A stretch of DNA of 46,019 bases from a virus (IMGVR_UViG_3300049298_000011:1-46019); one strand, 5' to 3'. Counted from the first letter of the stretch, positions 35,570-45,096 are shown. Notes: generated by a model not told the origin, from the letters alone. Made by a program: numbers and translations.

Positions 35570-36745
35570 CTAGTATCTCCGGGTAGGTGCGGTCTGCTGC
35601 ACACCACCGCGCCAAGCAACGTACTGCTCGTCGGTCATGTGCATCTTAGTCGCATACTCGTGTTCCTGCTGCGAGATGCTGTTGTTCACTCCGCTACCAT
35701 ATCCGCCGAACTGATTCTGCATAGGAGGAGTCGGAGCCTCCGTGAAGAACTGCCCCATCTGTGCTACTGGTGCCGGCACATACCCACCAGGTCCACGAAC
35801 CTGCGCTGGATTGGGCTGCGGCTGCTGCGTGCGATTCTGTGCTACACGAGGATCATACTCACCGCGAGACATCATCCGACCGCGAGCAAGATCAGCCGAA
35901 CTCTGCCACAGGCGCGGATCAGTCATTGCTGTCGGATCTGCTCCTGCCATGATCTGGAGAACCTCAGCTTCCAGATACTGGAAGTCTGGAATCCCCATCG
36001 AAGCAACCTGCTTCGCTTCTGAAATCGCCATCGCAGTCGTACGCTGCGTGATAGGAGCCACGCGACTGTCTACGATACGGCCAATCGCAGCCTCAGGATC
36101 TTCCCAGAAACTCGGAGCCTGATCACCATGACCCTGACCCTGCACATACACCGGCTGCTGGTTCTGCCGAGCGGGCTGCTGTCCCTGCGGCTGACGAATC
36201 GGCTGCGGCTGCTGTTGCTGTCCACCGTTCTGACGAAGCAGGAAATCGTTGGCCAGCGCACCATAGATCTGCTTCACCTGTGCCCAGCTACGACCACGCA
36301 GCTCCGGAGGAACGCTTGGTCCATCCAGAATCAGGTTGTCGGGTACATCAGCACGCTGCACACCCGGCTGACCTTGCTGCTGAACAGGCTGTTGCTGCTG
36401 GACTCCCGGCTGGCCATAGGGCACCGTCGGGTGAGGCTGAACAGGCTGTTGCTGGTTCGGCTGCTGAAACTGCTGGTTCGGCTGCTGCTGGTTCTGCGGA
36501 AACGTCTGCTGCTGTTGCTGCGGAGCTGCCGGCATCTGCCAGCCACCTTGACCCTGATCAGCAGGCTGATTGAACTGCTGTACTGGCTGCTGTTGCTGCT
36601 GGCCACCATTCTGCCAGCTCCGATCCACCTGTACTGGACCTCCGGGCATCCCGAAGTTCCCTACAGTCGGATGCGGCTGCTGTTGACCACCCTGACCAGG
36701 AAAACCCGCTGGCCCTCCGGCGGATGGTCTGAACGGACCTGTCAT
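35570..36745 (-). CDS. Putative scaffolding protein with Q/P/G-rich disordered regions
   Basis: Position between portal and capsid; FWEDP, C-terminal ISQQEHEYATKMHMTDEQY. Confidence 0.65.
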   Translation of the reverse strand: MTGPFRPSAGGPAGFPGQGGQQQPHPTVGNFGMPGGPVQVDRSWQNGGQQQQQPVQQFNQPADQGQGGWQMPAAPQQQQQTFPQNQQQPNQQFQQPNQQQPVQPHPTVPYGQPGVQQQQPVQQQGQPGVQRADVPDNLILDGPSVPPELRGRSWAQVKQIYGALANDFLLRQNGGQQQQPQPIRQPQGQQPARQNQQPVYVQGQGHGDQAPSFWEDPEAAIGRIVDSRVAPITQRTTAMAISEAKQVASMGIPDFQYLEAEVLQIMAGADPTAMTDPRLWQSSADLARGRMMSRGEYDPRVAQNRTQQPQPNPAQVRGPGGYVPAPVAQMGQFFTEAPTPPMQNQFGGYGSGVNNSISQQEHEYATKMHMTDEQYVAWRGGVQQTAPTRRY

Positions 36746-37005
36746 TAGCCTCTCCTCGCAGACATAGGATTACGCCCTAATTCGGCGGGCACGCCTAGCA
36801 CCCAACTGAGTGCCCTGACTTCACCCTGCAAACGCCGGAACTCCGATTCGTCCTGCTCCAGCGCCAATCTGTTGTAGCATTGCTGGATTCGCTCCTGCAG
36901 GGCCTGCTGGTAGACCGGCCATCCCGGCTCCTGGACCAGCTGGTGGACCGAAGCCCTGATTTCCGGAGGCAGCGTTTGCGATAGAATTGAGTTGCTGGTT
37001 GCCAC
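36745..37005 (-). CDS. Small post-portal head protein overlapping the portal 3' end
   Basis: PGW..Y...L.ERI...RRLQG..RAL pattern; TAATG coupling to the scaffold gene. Confidence 0.6.
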   Translation of the reverse strand: MATSNSILSQTLPPEIRASVHQLVQEPGWPVYQQALQERIQQCYNRLALEQDESEFRRLQGEVRALSWVLGVPAELGRNPMSARRG

Positions 37006-38752
37006 TGTTTATCATGCCCCCGAGTGTCGGAATGAGGCTGTCTGCATCCTGAATCCCATAGCTATCGAGGATTCGACGCATCAGAATCGTTCCGCCCTGA
37101 ACCATTTCTGCCGCAAGCTGCCTGATTTCCGGAGGCATCTGCGGATTGACCATGTAGCTAACACCCTGCATCAGCTGCTGATAGAACTGCATCACCATCT
37201 GCATGATGATCTGGTTCGTCCTAATCTCAACTTCCTTGTTGAGGCTAGCGGACGTTGCAGTCAGCTCAACACCGATGCTGGTCCTGATGAGCTCCATCGG
37301 GAACTGCAGAATCTGGTGCACCATCTGGCCGTCGCTTGGACCGAGGGCCATGTACTCCTTACCATGCTGATTGAACTGCTGGTAGAGCTCTACAACTTGA
37401 GTCCCAACGATTCCAAGACACCTACGGGCTTCCCGCAGAACTTGGTCGAACCGCTTAGTTCCTTCCCGAAGCTGTTGGACAGCAGTTGTAGCTGTTCCAT
37501 ACCCGATAGCGGGGTTGTCGGCACCGGAGATATAGTCGGTAACTCCAGTACGTCTTGTAGCATAGCTGAGAGTGAGCTGTTCATAGGGAACCGTTGAGTC
37601 ATAGCGAGTACCCATCGCCATTGGCTGGACATCTTCCAGATTATCCAGCAGGAACCATCTACCAGGAAAGATCGGCTCATCCTGCTTGATGCCAATTCCC
37701 TTGCGGGCCTTGAACATCGAGGAGTTCGCCAGTGTAGCATTGTCCAGTCGCTGATTGTGCATCGTGGAGATTTCATCTTGGAACTGGTCAAGCATCTCGC
37801 ACAGACCAATACCATAGAACCGCTTCTCCTGACGCAGATACCGACTGTCAGCGTAGGGCTTTTCCTGATTGAAGAACGGATTGTAGTCGATCCGAAGCAG
37901 CGACATTGTAGGCAGGTGAATCGTGGCTACAATAGCCATCGGCTCACCAACGCCTCCAATATCGTAGTCCAGCCAGCACTCCCACAGATCGAACTTGTCA
38001 CCAAGGCTAGGCGTGAACGCATCCAGATTCTGCATGACAGCAGTCTGTTGCGAACCCTTATCTCGTGCCCACCAGCTACCGAGGTTTGGAACAGCCTGAT
38101 AGATTCCTGCAGCCACACGATTCTGCAACTGACCCCAAGTCAGGCTCAGTCGCTCGGCGCACCACGGAGATAGCTGAATATCCCACGCAGAAGCTGGAAG
38201 CAGGAAATCGAAGATGCTCACGTGCTGCACAACTGGATGATCCTTTATCATCAGCTGTGCAATCTGCTCTACCGTACCAAAATCTGTCTCACGGAACTGG
38301 TAAACCCGCTTCGACTCACGAGTATAGCGAGTCTTGAGGATTCCTGTTCCGAGCTTGCACTTCTCCATCAGCCAGTCAGCAATTGCCGGATAGACATTCA
38401 GTTCAGCATTCTGCGCCCACTGCAAAAACTCCTGCAGTCGTGGTGCATAGGGAACCATCGTGTCATTGAGCGGCCGGCAACTCCAGAGATTATCCGCCGC
38501 AAACAGAATCCCCATCAAGCGGCTATACACCGTATCTACATCAGTGGCGATAACCGGCAGGACGAGATTCGCAGCTCCCTCAAAGGGAAACCGCTTTGTC
38601 TCCTCCAGCGGGATAGCTCTGTATGCAGTCAGATAGCGATTCCACCGTTCCTCTAATGGTGCCCGATCACTGAGAGCCTGCGTAATTTCTGTACGCAGGT
38701 AACTCATCAGCATCTGCACCATTCGAGGATCGGCTTGATTTGCTGGGATCAC
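36821..38752 (-). CDS. Portal protein (P22-like)
   Basis: 643 aa; FPFEGAANL, KLGTGILK, FYGIGL...QDEIS..HNQRLDN, TGV, TAT; follows TerL. Confidence 0.9.
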   Translation of the reverse strand: MIPANQADPRMVQMLMSYLRTEITQALSDRAPLEERWNRYLTAYRAIPLEETKRFPFEGAANLVLPVIATDVDTVYSRLMGILFAADNLWSCRPLNDTMVPYAPRLQEFLQWAQNAELNVYPAIADWLMEKCKLGTGILKTRYTRESKRVYQFRETDFGTVEQIAQLMIKDHPVVQHVSIFDFLLPASAWDIQLSPWCAERLSLTWGQLQNRVAAGIYQAVPNLGSWWARDKGSQQTAVMQNLDAFTPSLGDKFDLWECWLDYDIGGVGEPMAIVATIHLPTMSLLRIDYNPFFNQEKPYADSRYLRQEKRFYGIGLCEMLDQFQDEISTMHNQRLDNATLANSSMFKARKGIGIKQDEPIFPGRWFLLDNLEDVQPMAMGTRYDSTVPYEQLTLSYATRRTGVTDYISGADNPAIGYGTATTAVQQLREGTKRFDQVLREARRCLGIVGTQVVELYQQFNQHGKEYMALGPSDGQMVHQILQFPMELIRTSIGVELTATSASLNKEVEIRTNQIIMQMVMQFYQQLMQGVSYMVNPQMPPEIRQLAAEMVQGGTILMRRILDSYGIQDADSLIPTLGGMINSGNQQLNSIANAASGNQGFGPPAGPGAGMAGLPAGPAGANPAMLQQIGAGAGRIGVPAFAG

Positions 38753-38961
38753 TGTTCAGGTCCGAAGAGGAGCTGGAAGAGGCCGTGGAGATCTCTGACG
38801 CGAACTGTCTTACTGATGAACCAGAACTTGACTGCTGTAACCTTCTGATCTGCGTGAGTCTTGTACCACATCCAGAACATCGCGGAGATACCCTTTCGGA
38901 TCTCATCCTCGTTTGTGGTATTTGCTAGACCAGCGGTGTCGATCTCATCGACTGCGGCCAT
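38749..38961 (-). CDS. Hypothetical protein
   Basis: RBS in palindrome copy 7; GTGA overlap with portal. Confidence 0.65.
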   Translation of the reverse strand: MAAVDEIDTAGLANTTNEDEIRKGISAMFWMWYKTHADQKVTAVKFWFISKTVRVRDLHGLFQLLFGPEQ

Positions 38962-38962
38962 A

Positions 38963-38983
38963 CTAATTACTCCGGGTAATTAG
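38963..38983. promoter_or_regulatory. Palindromic site copy 7
   Basis: Minus strand reads CTAATTAC CCGGA GTAATTAG t ATG. Confidence 0.9.
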
Positions 38984-39257
38984 TGAAGTTGTTCTTTTCA
39001 GCCTTGAGCGTAGCCACCTGCCTATTCTCCACCTTGGCCAGCGTAGAGCTAGCAGCATCTCCCTTGTTGATGAAACGATCTATGACCCGATGGACCACGA
39101 AGTAGACTGTCGTGAACACACCCAGTCCTACCGACAGCAGACCAGCCTGCGTATCAGCATCCAGCGTGATCCCGTAGTGGAACTGGAGGTAGGTCACAAG
39201 AGCTGCGACCCATGCTCCAATAAAGCGCGAAACGAGCGGGCGAAGAAGATTCAGCAT
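38967..39257 (-). CDS. Putative holin (two transmembrane helices)
   Basis: FIGAWVAALVTYL and AGLLSVGLGVFTTVYFVV; basic C-terminal tail. Confidence 0.6.
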   Translation of the reverse strand: MLNLLRPLVSRFIGAWVAALVTYLQFHYGITLDADTQAGLLSVGLGVFTTVYFVVHRVIDRFINKGDAASSTLAKVENRQVATLKAEKNNFTNYPE

Positions 39258-39258
39258 G

Positions 39259-39684
39259 TCACTTTCCTGGTTGAATGGTAATCAGCGCGCCACAGTTTAC
39301 GCCAGCCAACTGCATATCCCTCGGCTGCTGCTGGATACAGGCCAGTCGCAGAAGTGCATCCAGCTTGAGATTCTGTTGCGTCGATGCTGTTGATCCCCTC
39401 TGAACTGTCAGCGCTAGCGTGTCGATCCTGTCATTCATTATCTTGTAGGTCTGGGCCGGTGTCTTGAAATCGAAGCCCAGTGCCACTAGAGCAGCAATCA
39501 GAAGATACAGGATCAGCTTATACTTGTCGAGATAAAAGCCGATCTGTGCCCAGATGCTGAAATCTTCCGTGCGAGTACGGACGAAATATTCAGGTCCCTT
39601 AGACATAGGTCTCTCGACTTCTTGCTGCTGACGATCTTCGATGACCCGTCGCTCCTCCGAGCTATGATGCTCGAAATGAGCCAT
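39259..39684 (-). CDS. Membrane protein with coiled coil (lysis-associated?)
   Basis: LILYLLIAALVALGF transmembrane segment; two C-terminal Cys. Confidence 0.6.
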   Translation of the reverse strand: MAHFEHHSSEERRVIEDRQQQEVERPMSKGPEYFVRTRTEDFSIWAQIGFYLDKYKLILYLLIAALVALGFDFKTPAQTYKIMNDRIDTLALTVQRGSTASTQQNLKLDALLRLACIQQQPRDMQLAGVNCGALITIQPGK

Positions 39685-39685
39685 C

Positions 39686-41215
39686 TCAGTACCCAGTCCG
39701 CTTGTTTCTACGATTGACGATCAGTCGTAGAACTCGTCCATTCTCCTCTTGATCCTCGTATCGCATTGGCTTCCTCCACATCCCATCCTCAGTTCCATAT
39801 GAGAGCGCATCCAGCTCGTCGATTGGATCAGTGTCAGGGAACTCGTCCGTAGCTTTGCGTAATACTGACTGCGTCGCCAGCATATACACTTTCTTGGACG
39901 CAAACAGCGGTTGAAGTGCAGTCCTGATTCGCTCAATCTTGTTGCGATTCTTCGGCTTCAGAGGAATCACACGAATGTAGATTTCCTCTTCCTGCATCTT
40001 CTTCTCGAAATAGTGCTGAGTGTTCTGCTGCCCAGCTTTTTCGATACCTACGACACGCGGACGCCAGCGATTCCACTTCTCAAAAATCTTGTCCACGAAG
40101 CCAGACGGTGTTATGCGGCCCGACCAAGCATCGAGGACAATAACCTCATCATCTGGAGAAATCCCTGTCGTGACAATAGCTGCAGTATCAGGAGCAGTAA
40201 GACTCCCTGAGTTAGGATCGGCAGCAATGACTCGGTCCAGATCTGATAGCTTCCAAACCTTCTTCTGCCCATCCCGAAACAGTACAATATTGCCGTTGAG
40301 ATCGAAGCTGTACGTCTGGACTGATCCGGCTGGAAAGTCATTCTGCCCTCCAGCGAGAGGATTGTTGCAGTACTGGGCGTACCAGACGAGCGGAGCTTCG
40401 TTCTGAAGAGTCGTGTACTCCTCAATCGTGTGCTTCTGCGGGAAAATGATCTTCCCATCTTCGATAGCCTCGCGAAGGAAAACTGCAATACGCTCGCCAT
40501 AGAACTTCATGACGAAAGCGTAGAGATCCGTTCTACTCCAGCGCGTACCGATGTAGTCAATAATGTCAGCGTGCTGATCAATCAGCAGAGGCTCGATGTT
40601 ACTTACCCATGCAATCGCTGCAGCCATCGCTGCCGGACTTCTCGACGCCTCGAGGCCAACGAGATCGTCGCACTTGATTCTGTTGTAGTGTCCGCCTGTG
40701 ACTGCGCCACCGACTCCGATCGTATTCCACGAGCCTTCTTTGTAATCTCGTGAACGGTTGATCGAAGCAATAGTTGTAGACCACTTGACACCAGGACCAG
40801 CCATACGAGGCGGAACAAGTTCAGGAAAAAGGTTTCGAAGGATATCATTCTTTTCCCAGTGGCCTTTGAGCTCTGCAAGAAACTTCTCGGCCTGAGTAGA
40901 AGTTTCCCCTGCGATCAGGATACGCGCCTCATCTGGGTCACGAAGAACCAGCCTGATGCTATCAGCGATTGTTGCTATTGTGCTCTTGAGGTGGGTACGC
41001 GGCATGAGCCCCATTCGCCGCAGCTTGATCTCACTCTCAACGAAACGACAAAAGCCACCATGAGTATCTGGATTTATGTCCTTGTAGCCGAGAATCCCCT
41101 TCGACAGGATGTAGAGGTCATTCTTCGCTACATCACGCATGAACTCGCGCTGATCAGAAGGAAGTGCTTTGACTTCCTCCATGATTTCAGGTTCGACACG
41201 AGCAGCACTGGTCAC
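39686..41215 (-). CDS. terL: Terminase large subunit
   Basis: MPRTHLKST (Walker A), GGHYNRIKCDDL (Walker B), IGTRW, AQYCNNP, AADP, GIE, DELDAL (RNase H-like nuclease). Confidence 0.93.
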   Translation of the reverse strand: MTSAARVEPEIMEEVKALPSDQREFMRDVAKNDLYILSKGILGYKDINPDTHGGFCRFVESEIKLRRMGLMPRTHLKSTIATIADSIRLVLRDPDEARILIAGETSTQAEKFLAELKGHWEKNDILRNLFPELVPPRMAGPGVKWSTTIASINRSRDYKEGSWNTIGVGGAVTGGHYNRIKCDDLVGLEASRSPAAMAAAIAWVSNIEPLLIDQHADIIDYIGTRWSRTDLYAFVMKFYGERIAVFLREAIEDGKIIFPQKHTIEEYTTLQNEAPLVWYAQYCNNPLAGGQNDFPAGSVQTYSFDLNGNIVLFRDGQKKVWKLSDLDRVIAADPNSGSLTAPDTAAIVTTGISPDDEVIVLDAWSGRITPSGFVDKIFEKWNRWRPRVVGIEKAGQQNTQHYFEKKMQEEEIYIRVIPLKPKNRNKIERIRTALQPLFASKKVYMLATQSVLRKATDEFPDTDPIDELDALSYGTEDGMWRKPMRYEDQEENGRVLRLIVNRRNKRTGY

Positions 41216-41895
41216 GGAAGCGCCAGAACCGGAAAGCTGTTCTTAGCGTCACCGATGATGAGGTCCTCGTCGTACTGGAAATCCAGCCCTGTAACTCGAT
41301 CAGCAGGCTTCGGGTAGGCTAGCTGACGCATAGCAACTCCCCGAACTACAGGATAGTTGTCGCGATTGAGATTATACGCGGACCAGTAAAGCGTAAACTT
41401 CAGCTTATAATACAGGTCGCTCGCGTTCAGGCCGCAGCTATCACCGACATAGAGTCCGGGCAGATAGCCAGCACCTACTACTGCATCGTACCATGCATTG
41501 CAGTATGCGATAACATCAGCGGCTGGTACCTTCGCAGCCACTCCTTCGAGGTCGCACCAGAGAGTTGCTCCAGCCGGATACAGCACAGAAAGTGCCTCTG
41601 ATGCTGCTGTCGCTCCATATTCAGCGCCAAGCTGACTGGAAGGGCGCCAACCCTCTGGTGCAACATGCTGAACGAGCATCAGGCCGAGACCAGCAGTAAA
41701 GATTCTGCTTATCTCAGAGCAGCTGACGTCGTAATCATGCTGAGTTGTGCGCCGAATATAGCGAATGGCGAAGCGATACTGCAATGCATCGCCCCTCTTC
41801 GCGTTCCAGCGCCGAATGTTTTCGAGATCTGCGGTCGTCAGTGGCTGATTGCAGTCCAGTCCTCTCGATCCCATCCCTAATGAGCCGATTTTCAT
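41212..41895 (-). CDS. Endolysin, DUF1906/Rv2525c-like glycoside hydrolase
   Basis: GLD, FAIRYI, AGLGLMLV, GATLWCDLEG, AGYLPGLY TIM-barrel pattern. Confidence 0.8.
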   Translation of the reverse strand: MKIGSLGMGSRGLDCNQPLTTADLENIRRWNAKRGDALQYRFAIRYIRRTTQHDYDVSCSEISRIFTAGLGLMLVQHVAPEGWRPSSQLGAEYGATAASEALSVLYPAGATLWCDLEGVAAKVPAADVIAYCNAWYDAVVGAGYLPGLYVGDSCGLNASDLYYKLKFTLYWSAYNLNRDNYPVVRGVAMRQLAYPKPADRVTGLDFQYDEDLIIGDAKNSFPVLALP

Positions 41896-42083
41896 TGGTT
41901 AGTAGGTTCGAGTAACTGCGAACTGCGCATCGCGGGAATTGTCGCGGCGGCGGGCTGCGTACCACCGAGGCTGGACTCCTGGGTAGGGACGGGAACCGCA
42001 ACTGCAACTGCAACTGCGGAAGGGCTCCGAACATCTATCAGGTTCTTTGCCACTCCAGGGCCGTAGTATTCGTCTCGCGTCAT
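41892..42083 (-). CDS. Small hypothetical protein
   Basis: ATGA overlaps on both sides. Confidence 0.5.
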   Translation of the reverse strand: MTRDEYYGPGVAKNLIDVRSPSAVAVAVAVPVPTQESSLGGTQPAAATIPAMRSSQLLEPTNQ

Positions 42084-42832
42084 GCGACCCTCACCCTTGA
42101 ACCGTCGTGCTGGACTTCAGCATCCTGAGAGTCACCAGTGGGAGGCAAACTGGCACCGCCAGAGCCGGAATCTCTGTGAGCCGCAGGAGCCACGCTGCTT
42201 GCACTCTCAGGAGCTGAATGGGGCAGTACCCTGTAGTCCATACCTTCCTGCGAACGAATCTGCCTTGACTCACGAATGGCCTCGCCAAGCAGATCGACAT
42301 GCTTCGAGGGCATCGTGATTTCCTGCTTGATTTCCTTCTTCTCGACAGCCGCATAACCAGCCATCTTCAGAATCTCAAACGCATTACTGGATGCAAGTCG
42401 CTGATCTTGCGTCGTTCTCATGACCTCAACAACCTTGTCGAGGGCTTCGCCCGCATGAGCCTTGATTCTCACCTGAATATCCAGCACTTCGTCAGCCGCA
42501 TAGCTGACCATCTTGGTGAGGATATACTGTGCATCTGGATGATTCAGTACCACTGAGGTCCACGAATCATTCCAGCCCATCACCTGCGCGATGTAGTTCT
42601 GCTGGAGCCCTGAGGCCCGCATGCAGATCGCCTGCAGATGTCTCTCATCAAGAACGTCGGGCTCCCAAGACTTGAGTGATCTGTTACGCGGGAGCAGACC
42701 ACTCATAGCCCTGGCCATCAATTCATCCAGTTGCTGGCGCTTGACGGAACGACCTGATAGGTCAATACCCGGTTCAGGGTCTTCACCTACCAACAGCGTA
42801 TCTGGGTCGTCGAGTTCATTGAGCGACATCAA
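42080..42832 (-). CDS. Putative terminase small subunit
   Basis: HTH-like RHLQAICMRASGLQQNYIAQVMG...SVVLN; helical ALDKVVEVM...AFEILKMAG; upstream of TerL. Confidence 0.65.
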   Translation of the reverse strand: MMSLNELDDPDTLLVGEDPEPGIDLSGRSVKRQQLDELMARAMSGLLPRNRSLKSWEPDVLDERHLQAICMRASGLQQNYIAQVMGWNDSWTSVVLNHPDAQYILTKMVSYAADEVLDIQVRIKAHAGEALDKVVEVMRTTQDQRLASSNAFEILKMAGYAAVEKKEIKQEITMPSKHVDLLGEAIRESRQIRSQEGMDYRVLPHSAPESASSVAPAAHRDSGSGGASLPPTGDSQDAEVQHDGSRVRVA

Positions 42833-42847
42833 TCAAACTCCGGAGAA

Positions 42848-42915
42848 GGAAGGCAGAGCCAGCTGATGCATCCCCAAAGGAGGTGTCCAATCTCCACACC
42901 AGCTGGATGCCTTCC
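42848..42915 (-). other. Intergenic structured RNA element
   Basis: GGAAGGCA/TGCCTTCC outer stem plus 11-bp CCAGCTGGTGT/GCATCAGCTGG inner stem. Confidence 0.55.
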
Positions 42916-42931
42916 ATCGGCATAGCCGAGA

Positions 42932-43540
42932 CTACATGTCTACCGGCTCGGACGGAACTTCTTCATCGGAACCGAACGCTGAGTCCTTGCTCTGAGCATC
43001 GAGGAAACGCTTGCGAGTCGCACGCGATCCTGCGTAATCACCGATGTCATAGCCACGATCGCTCGCCACGGCGCGAAGCTCTCCGGGGCTCATCATCTCA
43101 GCCTTGTTTCGGCTGATCTTCTCGTACCCCGCCCGAATCGTCTGCTTGTCCGCAGCGGTCAGGTGGTCCTGTGCGCGCTTGGCAGCAGCCTGTGGGTCAT
43201 GCTCGACAGCCGAAACCGGAACCAGACCACTCGGGCTGGCCACATGGTTCACGGGGAGCGTACCGTTCGTGCTCACGATCGCCGGCTGAGCCTGTGCACC
43301 AATCGGCTCCTTCGCTTCGACAGCGGCGAAATCACCCTTCGGTTCACCTCCAGCAATCGGAATGGTCGAGCCATCCGACTCCCGCTCCGGCACTTCCTCA
43401 CCAGACTCCTCGCGCAGAAGAGCTTCACGCTCCTGACCAATCGCAGTGTTGCGACCAGCTGTGGAGTTCGCGAGAACCTTCTTGCGTGCTTCCTCGGACT
43501 GCTGCGGAGCCTCGGGTGCTTCTGCACTCTTTTTCGTCAT
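42932..43540 (-). CDS. Hypothetical protein with possible C-terminal HeH/Rho-N-like motif
   Basis: AGGAG RBS; disordered N-terminus; MSPGELRAVASDRGYDI. Confidence 0.7.
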   Translation of the reverse strand: MTKKSAEAPEAPQQSEEARKKVLANSTAGRNTAIGQEREALLREESGEEVPERESDGSTIPIAGGEPKGDFAAVEAKEPIGAQAQPAIVSTNGTLPVNHVASPSGLVPVSAVEHDPQAAAKRAQDHLTAADKQTIRAGYEKISRNKAEMMSPGELRAVASDRGYDIGDYAGSRATRKRFLDAQSKDSAFGSDEEVPSEPVDM

Positions 43541-43566
43541 GTTTCTCTCCTGTTGGGCCTCCGTGA

Positions 43567-43587
43567 CTAATTACCCGATGTAATTAG
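43567..43587. promoter_or_regulatory. Palindromic site copy 8
   Basis: CTAATTAC CCGAT GTAATTAG, intergenic. Confidence 0.9.
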
Positions 43588-43625
43588 CCCCTCGGACCGT
43601 GCTGGCCTTCCGGCAGCAAGCTGCC

Positions 43626-44213
43626 TCATCCCACAGGAAGTGCCACTTCTGGAAACTCGAGGTCGCCCCACTGGGCAGCCATAGCTTCCGCAAAACCCTG
43701 AAACGTCTTTGATCTCAGCATCCCTCGCTCCGGAGATGGTCCAAGATCATGCAAGCTGCTTCGACCTGGCCTCACAATGCATGTTGGGTGCAGAGGAAGC
43801 AACCCTTTCAGCCACAAACAGGTCGTCTTTTGCTCTGGATCGCCGAAGTAGAACGGATGAATGATCTGATCTGGTGGCCGGATTCGAGTCGAAATGATCG
43901 AAACAGGATTCTCGAGTGCTATCTTCGGTATCGAACAGTGCAGAATGAAGCTAACTAAGTCCAGATCAGCCTCTTGAAGCTCACGTTTCTCTGCAAAATG
44001 TCGTGCACCTGAGACTGCAAGGTTCGTACAGGGTGGATGCGCGATCAGCAGGTCATAGTGTGGGTCTCTGCGAATGACTTCTCGCAGATCAGCTTGGATG
44101 TGTGGCCCAGGGACTCGAGTTTCCTGCAGATCACAGCTTGTAGCATCGTGCCCACGAGCCAGAAACGCATCCCGTACGACTCCGAACACCTCGCATCCAA
44201 TCAGAACACGCAT
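43626..44213 (-). CDS. Short phage-type C5 cytosine DNA methyltransferase
   Basis: RVLIGCE..GVVRDAF, SCDL, IAHPPCT, ALENP, KTTCLWL, RSKTF.G.A.AMA.QWG. Confidence 0.85.
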   Translation of the reverse strand: MRVLIGCEVFGVVRDAFLARGHDATSCDLQETRVPGPHIQADLREVIRRDPHYDLLIAHPPCTNLAVSGARHFAEKRELQEADLDLVSFILHCSIPKIALENPVSIISTRIRPPDQIIHPFYFGDPEQKTTCLWLKGLLPLHPTCIVRPGRSSLHDLGPSPERGMLRSKTFQGFAEAMAAQWGDLEFPEVALPVG

Positions 44214-44371
44214 TACCGCTTGCGCCCGCCACGCTTGACTGGCTTTCCCGAGGCCCGTGCCCCGAAGAAGCGGCGCTGCTTGGGAGTCAGCTTCTTTCCA
44301 TGAGCGGTTCCATCGTGCAGAATTTCTTTAGCTTTCCGCTTAGAAAGGCCTGACTTCTTTTTGCTAGCCAT
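44213..44371 (-). CDS. Very basic 52-aa protein (MASKKKSGLSKRKAKEILHDGTAHGKKLTPKQRRFFGARASGKPVKRGGRKR)
   Basis: Hand-translated; GGAGG RBS; first gene after the minus-strand promoter; TAATG overlap with the MTase gene. Confidence 0.75.
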   Translation of the reverse strand: MASKKKSGLSKRKAKEILHDGTAHGKKLTPKQRRFFGARASGKPVKRGGRKR

Positions 44372-44410
44372 TTCTGCCCTCCAGTGAGTCCTGGTCGCGG
44401 TACCATATGC

Positions 44411-44439
44411 ACTATACTATAGTAGGCAGGGAATGTCAA
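44411..44439 (-). promoter_or_regulatory. Sigma70-type promoter heading the minus-strand operon
   Basis: TTGACA-N17-TATAGT on the minus strand. Confidence 0.8.
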
Positions 44440-45096
44440 CCCCTTCCCGTAACCTCGGCTTTTGCCGAACTTGACATATCCTTTTCTCGACTTGTCTGTC
44501 CCGGCTTGCCGGGTGCAGTTTCGTGCGAATCAGACCTAAATTGGCTGGATCTGTGTGCTAGCTAGGCGAAGGATTTAGGAACTCCGCGCGGATCGTTTTT
44601 AGGGTCGGCATCTTGGTCAGACCTAATTGATTGCTGGATCAACTAATGCTGGCGCCATCATTGCAGGGGAGCCTATTGCTAGACGATGCATTGCTCCGTC
44701 ATTGATTGACCTGCGGATAAGTGCAGGCTGGCACATGGGGGTGCCGCAGATTGCAACACTCCAGACTGGCATCCTGCGAGGGTATGATCCTGGACAGTTT
44801 GACCGATTCGCAACTTGCAAGGAATCGTGCATAGTGCAATACCCCTGGACGTAGCGGTCATTCTGACCTAGCGGCTAAGTCATTGCGCCACAACATGTTA
44901 GGTCATCGAGACCTGGCGGCATGGAACCTGCATATGATGTCCACCGAAGGGCCGCTGTTTGACAATGGAAGGTCCGGTAGGTTGCCCGATTCCGCTGCCG
45001 CGTTTCGCATGCGTCAGAAAGACACAATCGGGCAGACCTATCATGTGGTCAGTATCATTCCGATACTGGCAAATCCCCAAGTCAGGAGTTCGCAAC

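Noticed and set aside
44959-44990. TTGACA as the promoter for the 45097 gene
   Set aside because: No acceptable -10 hexamer at 16-18 bp spacing
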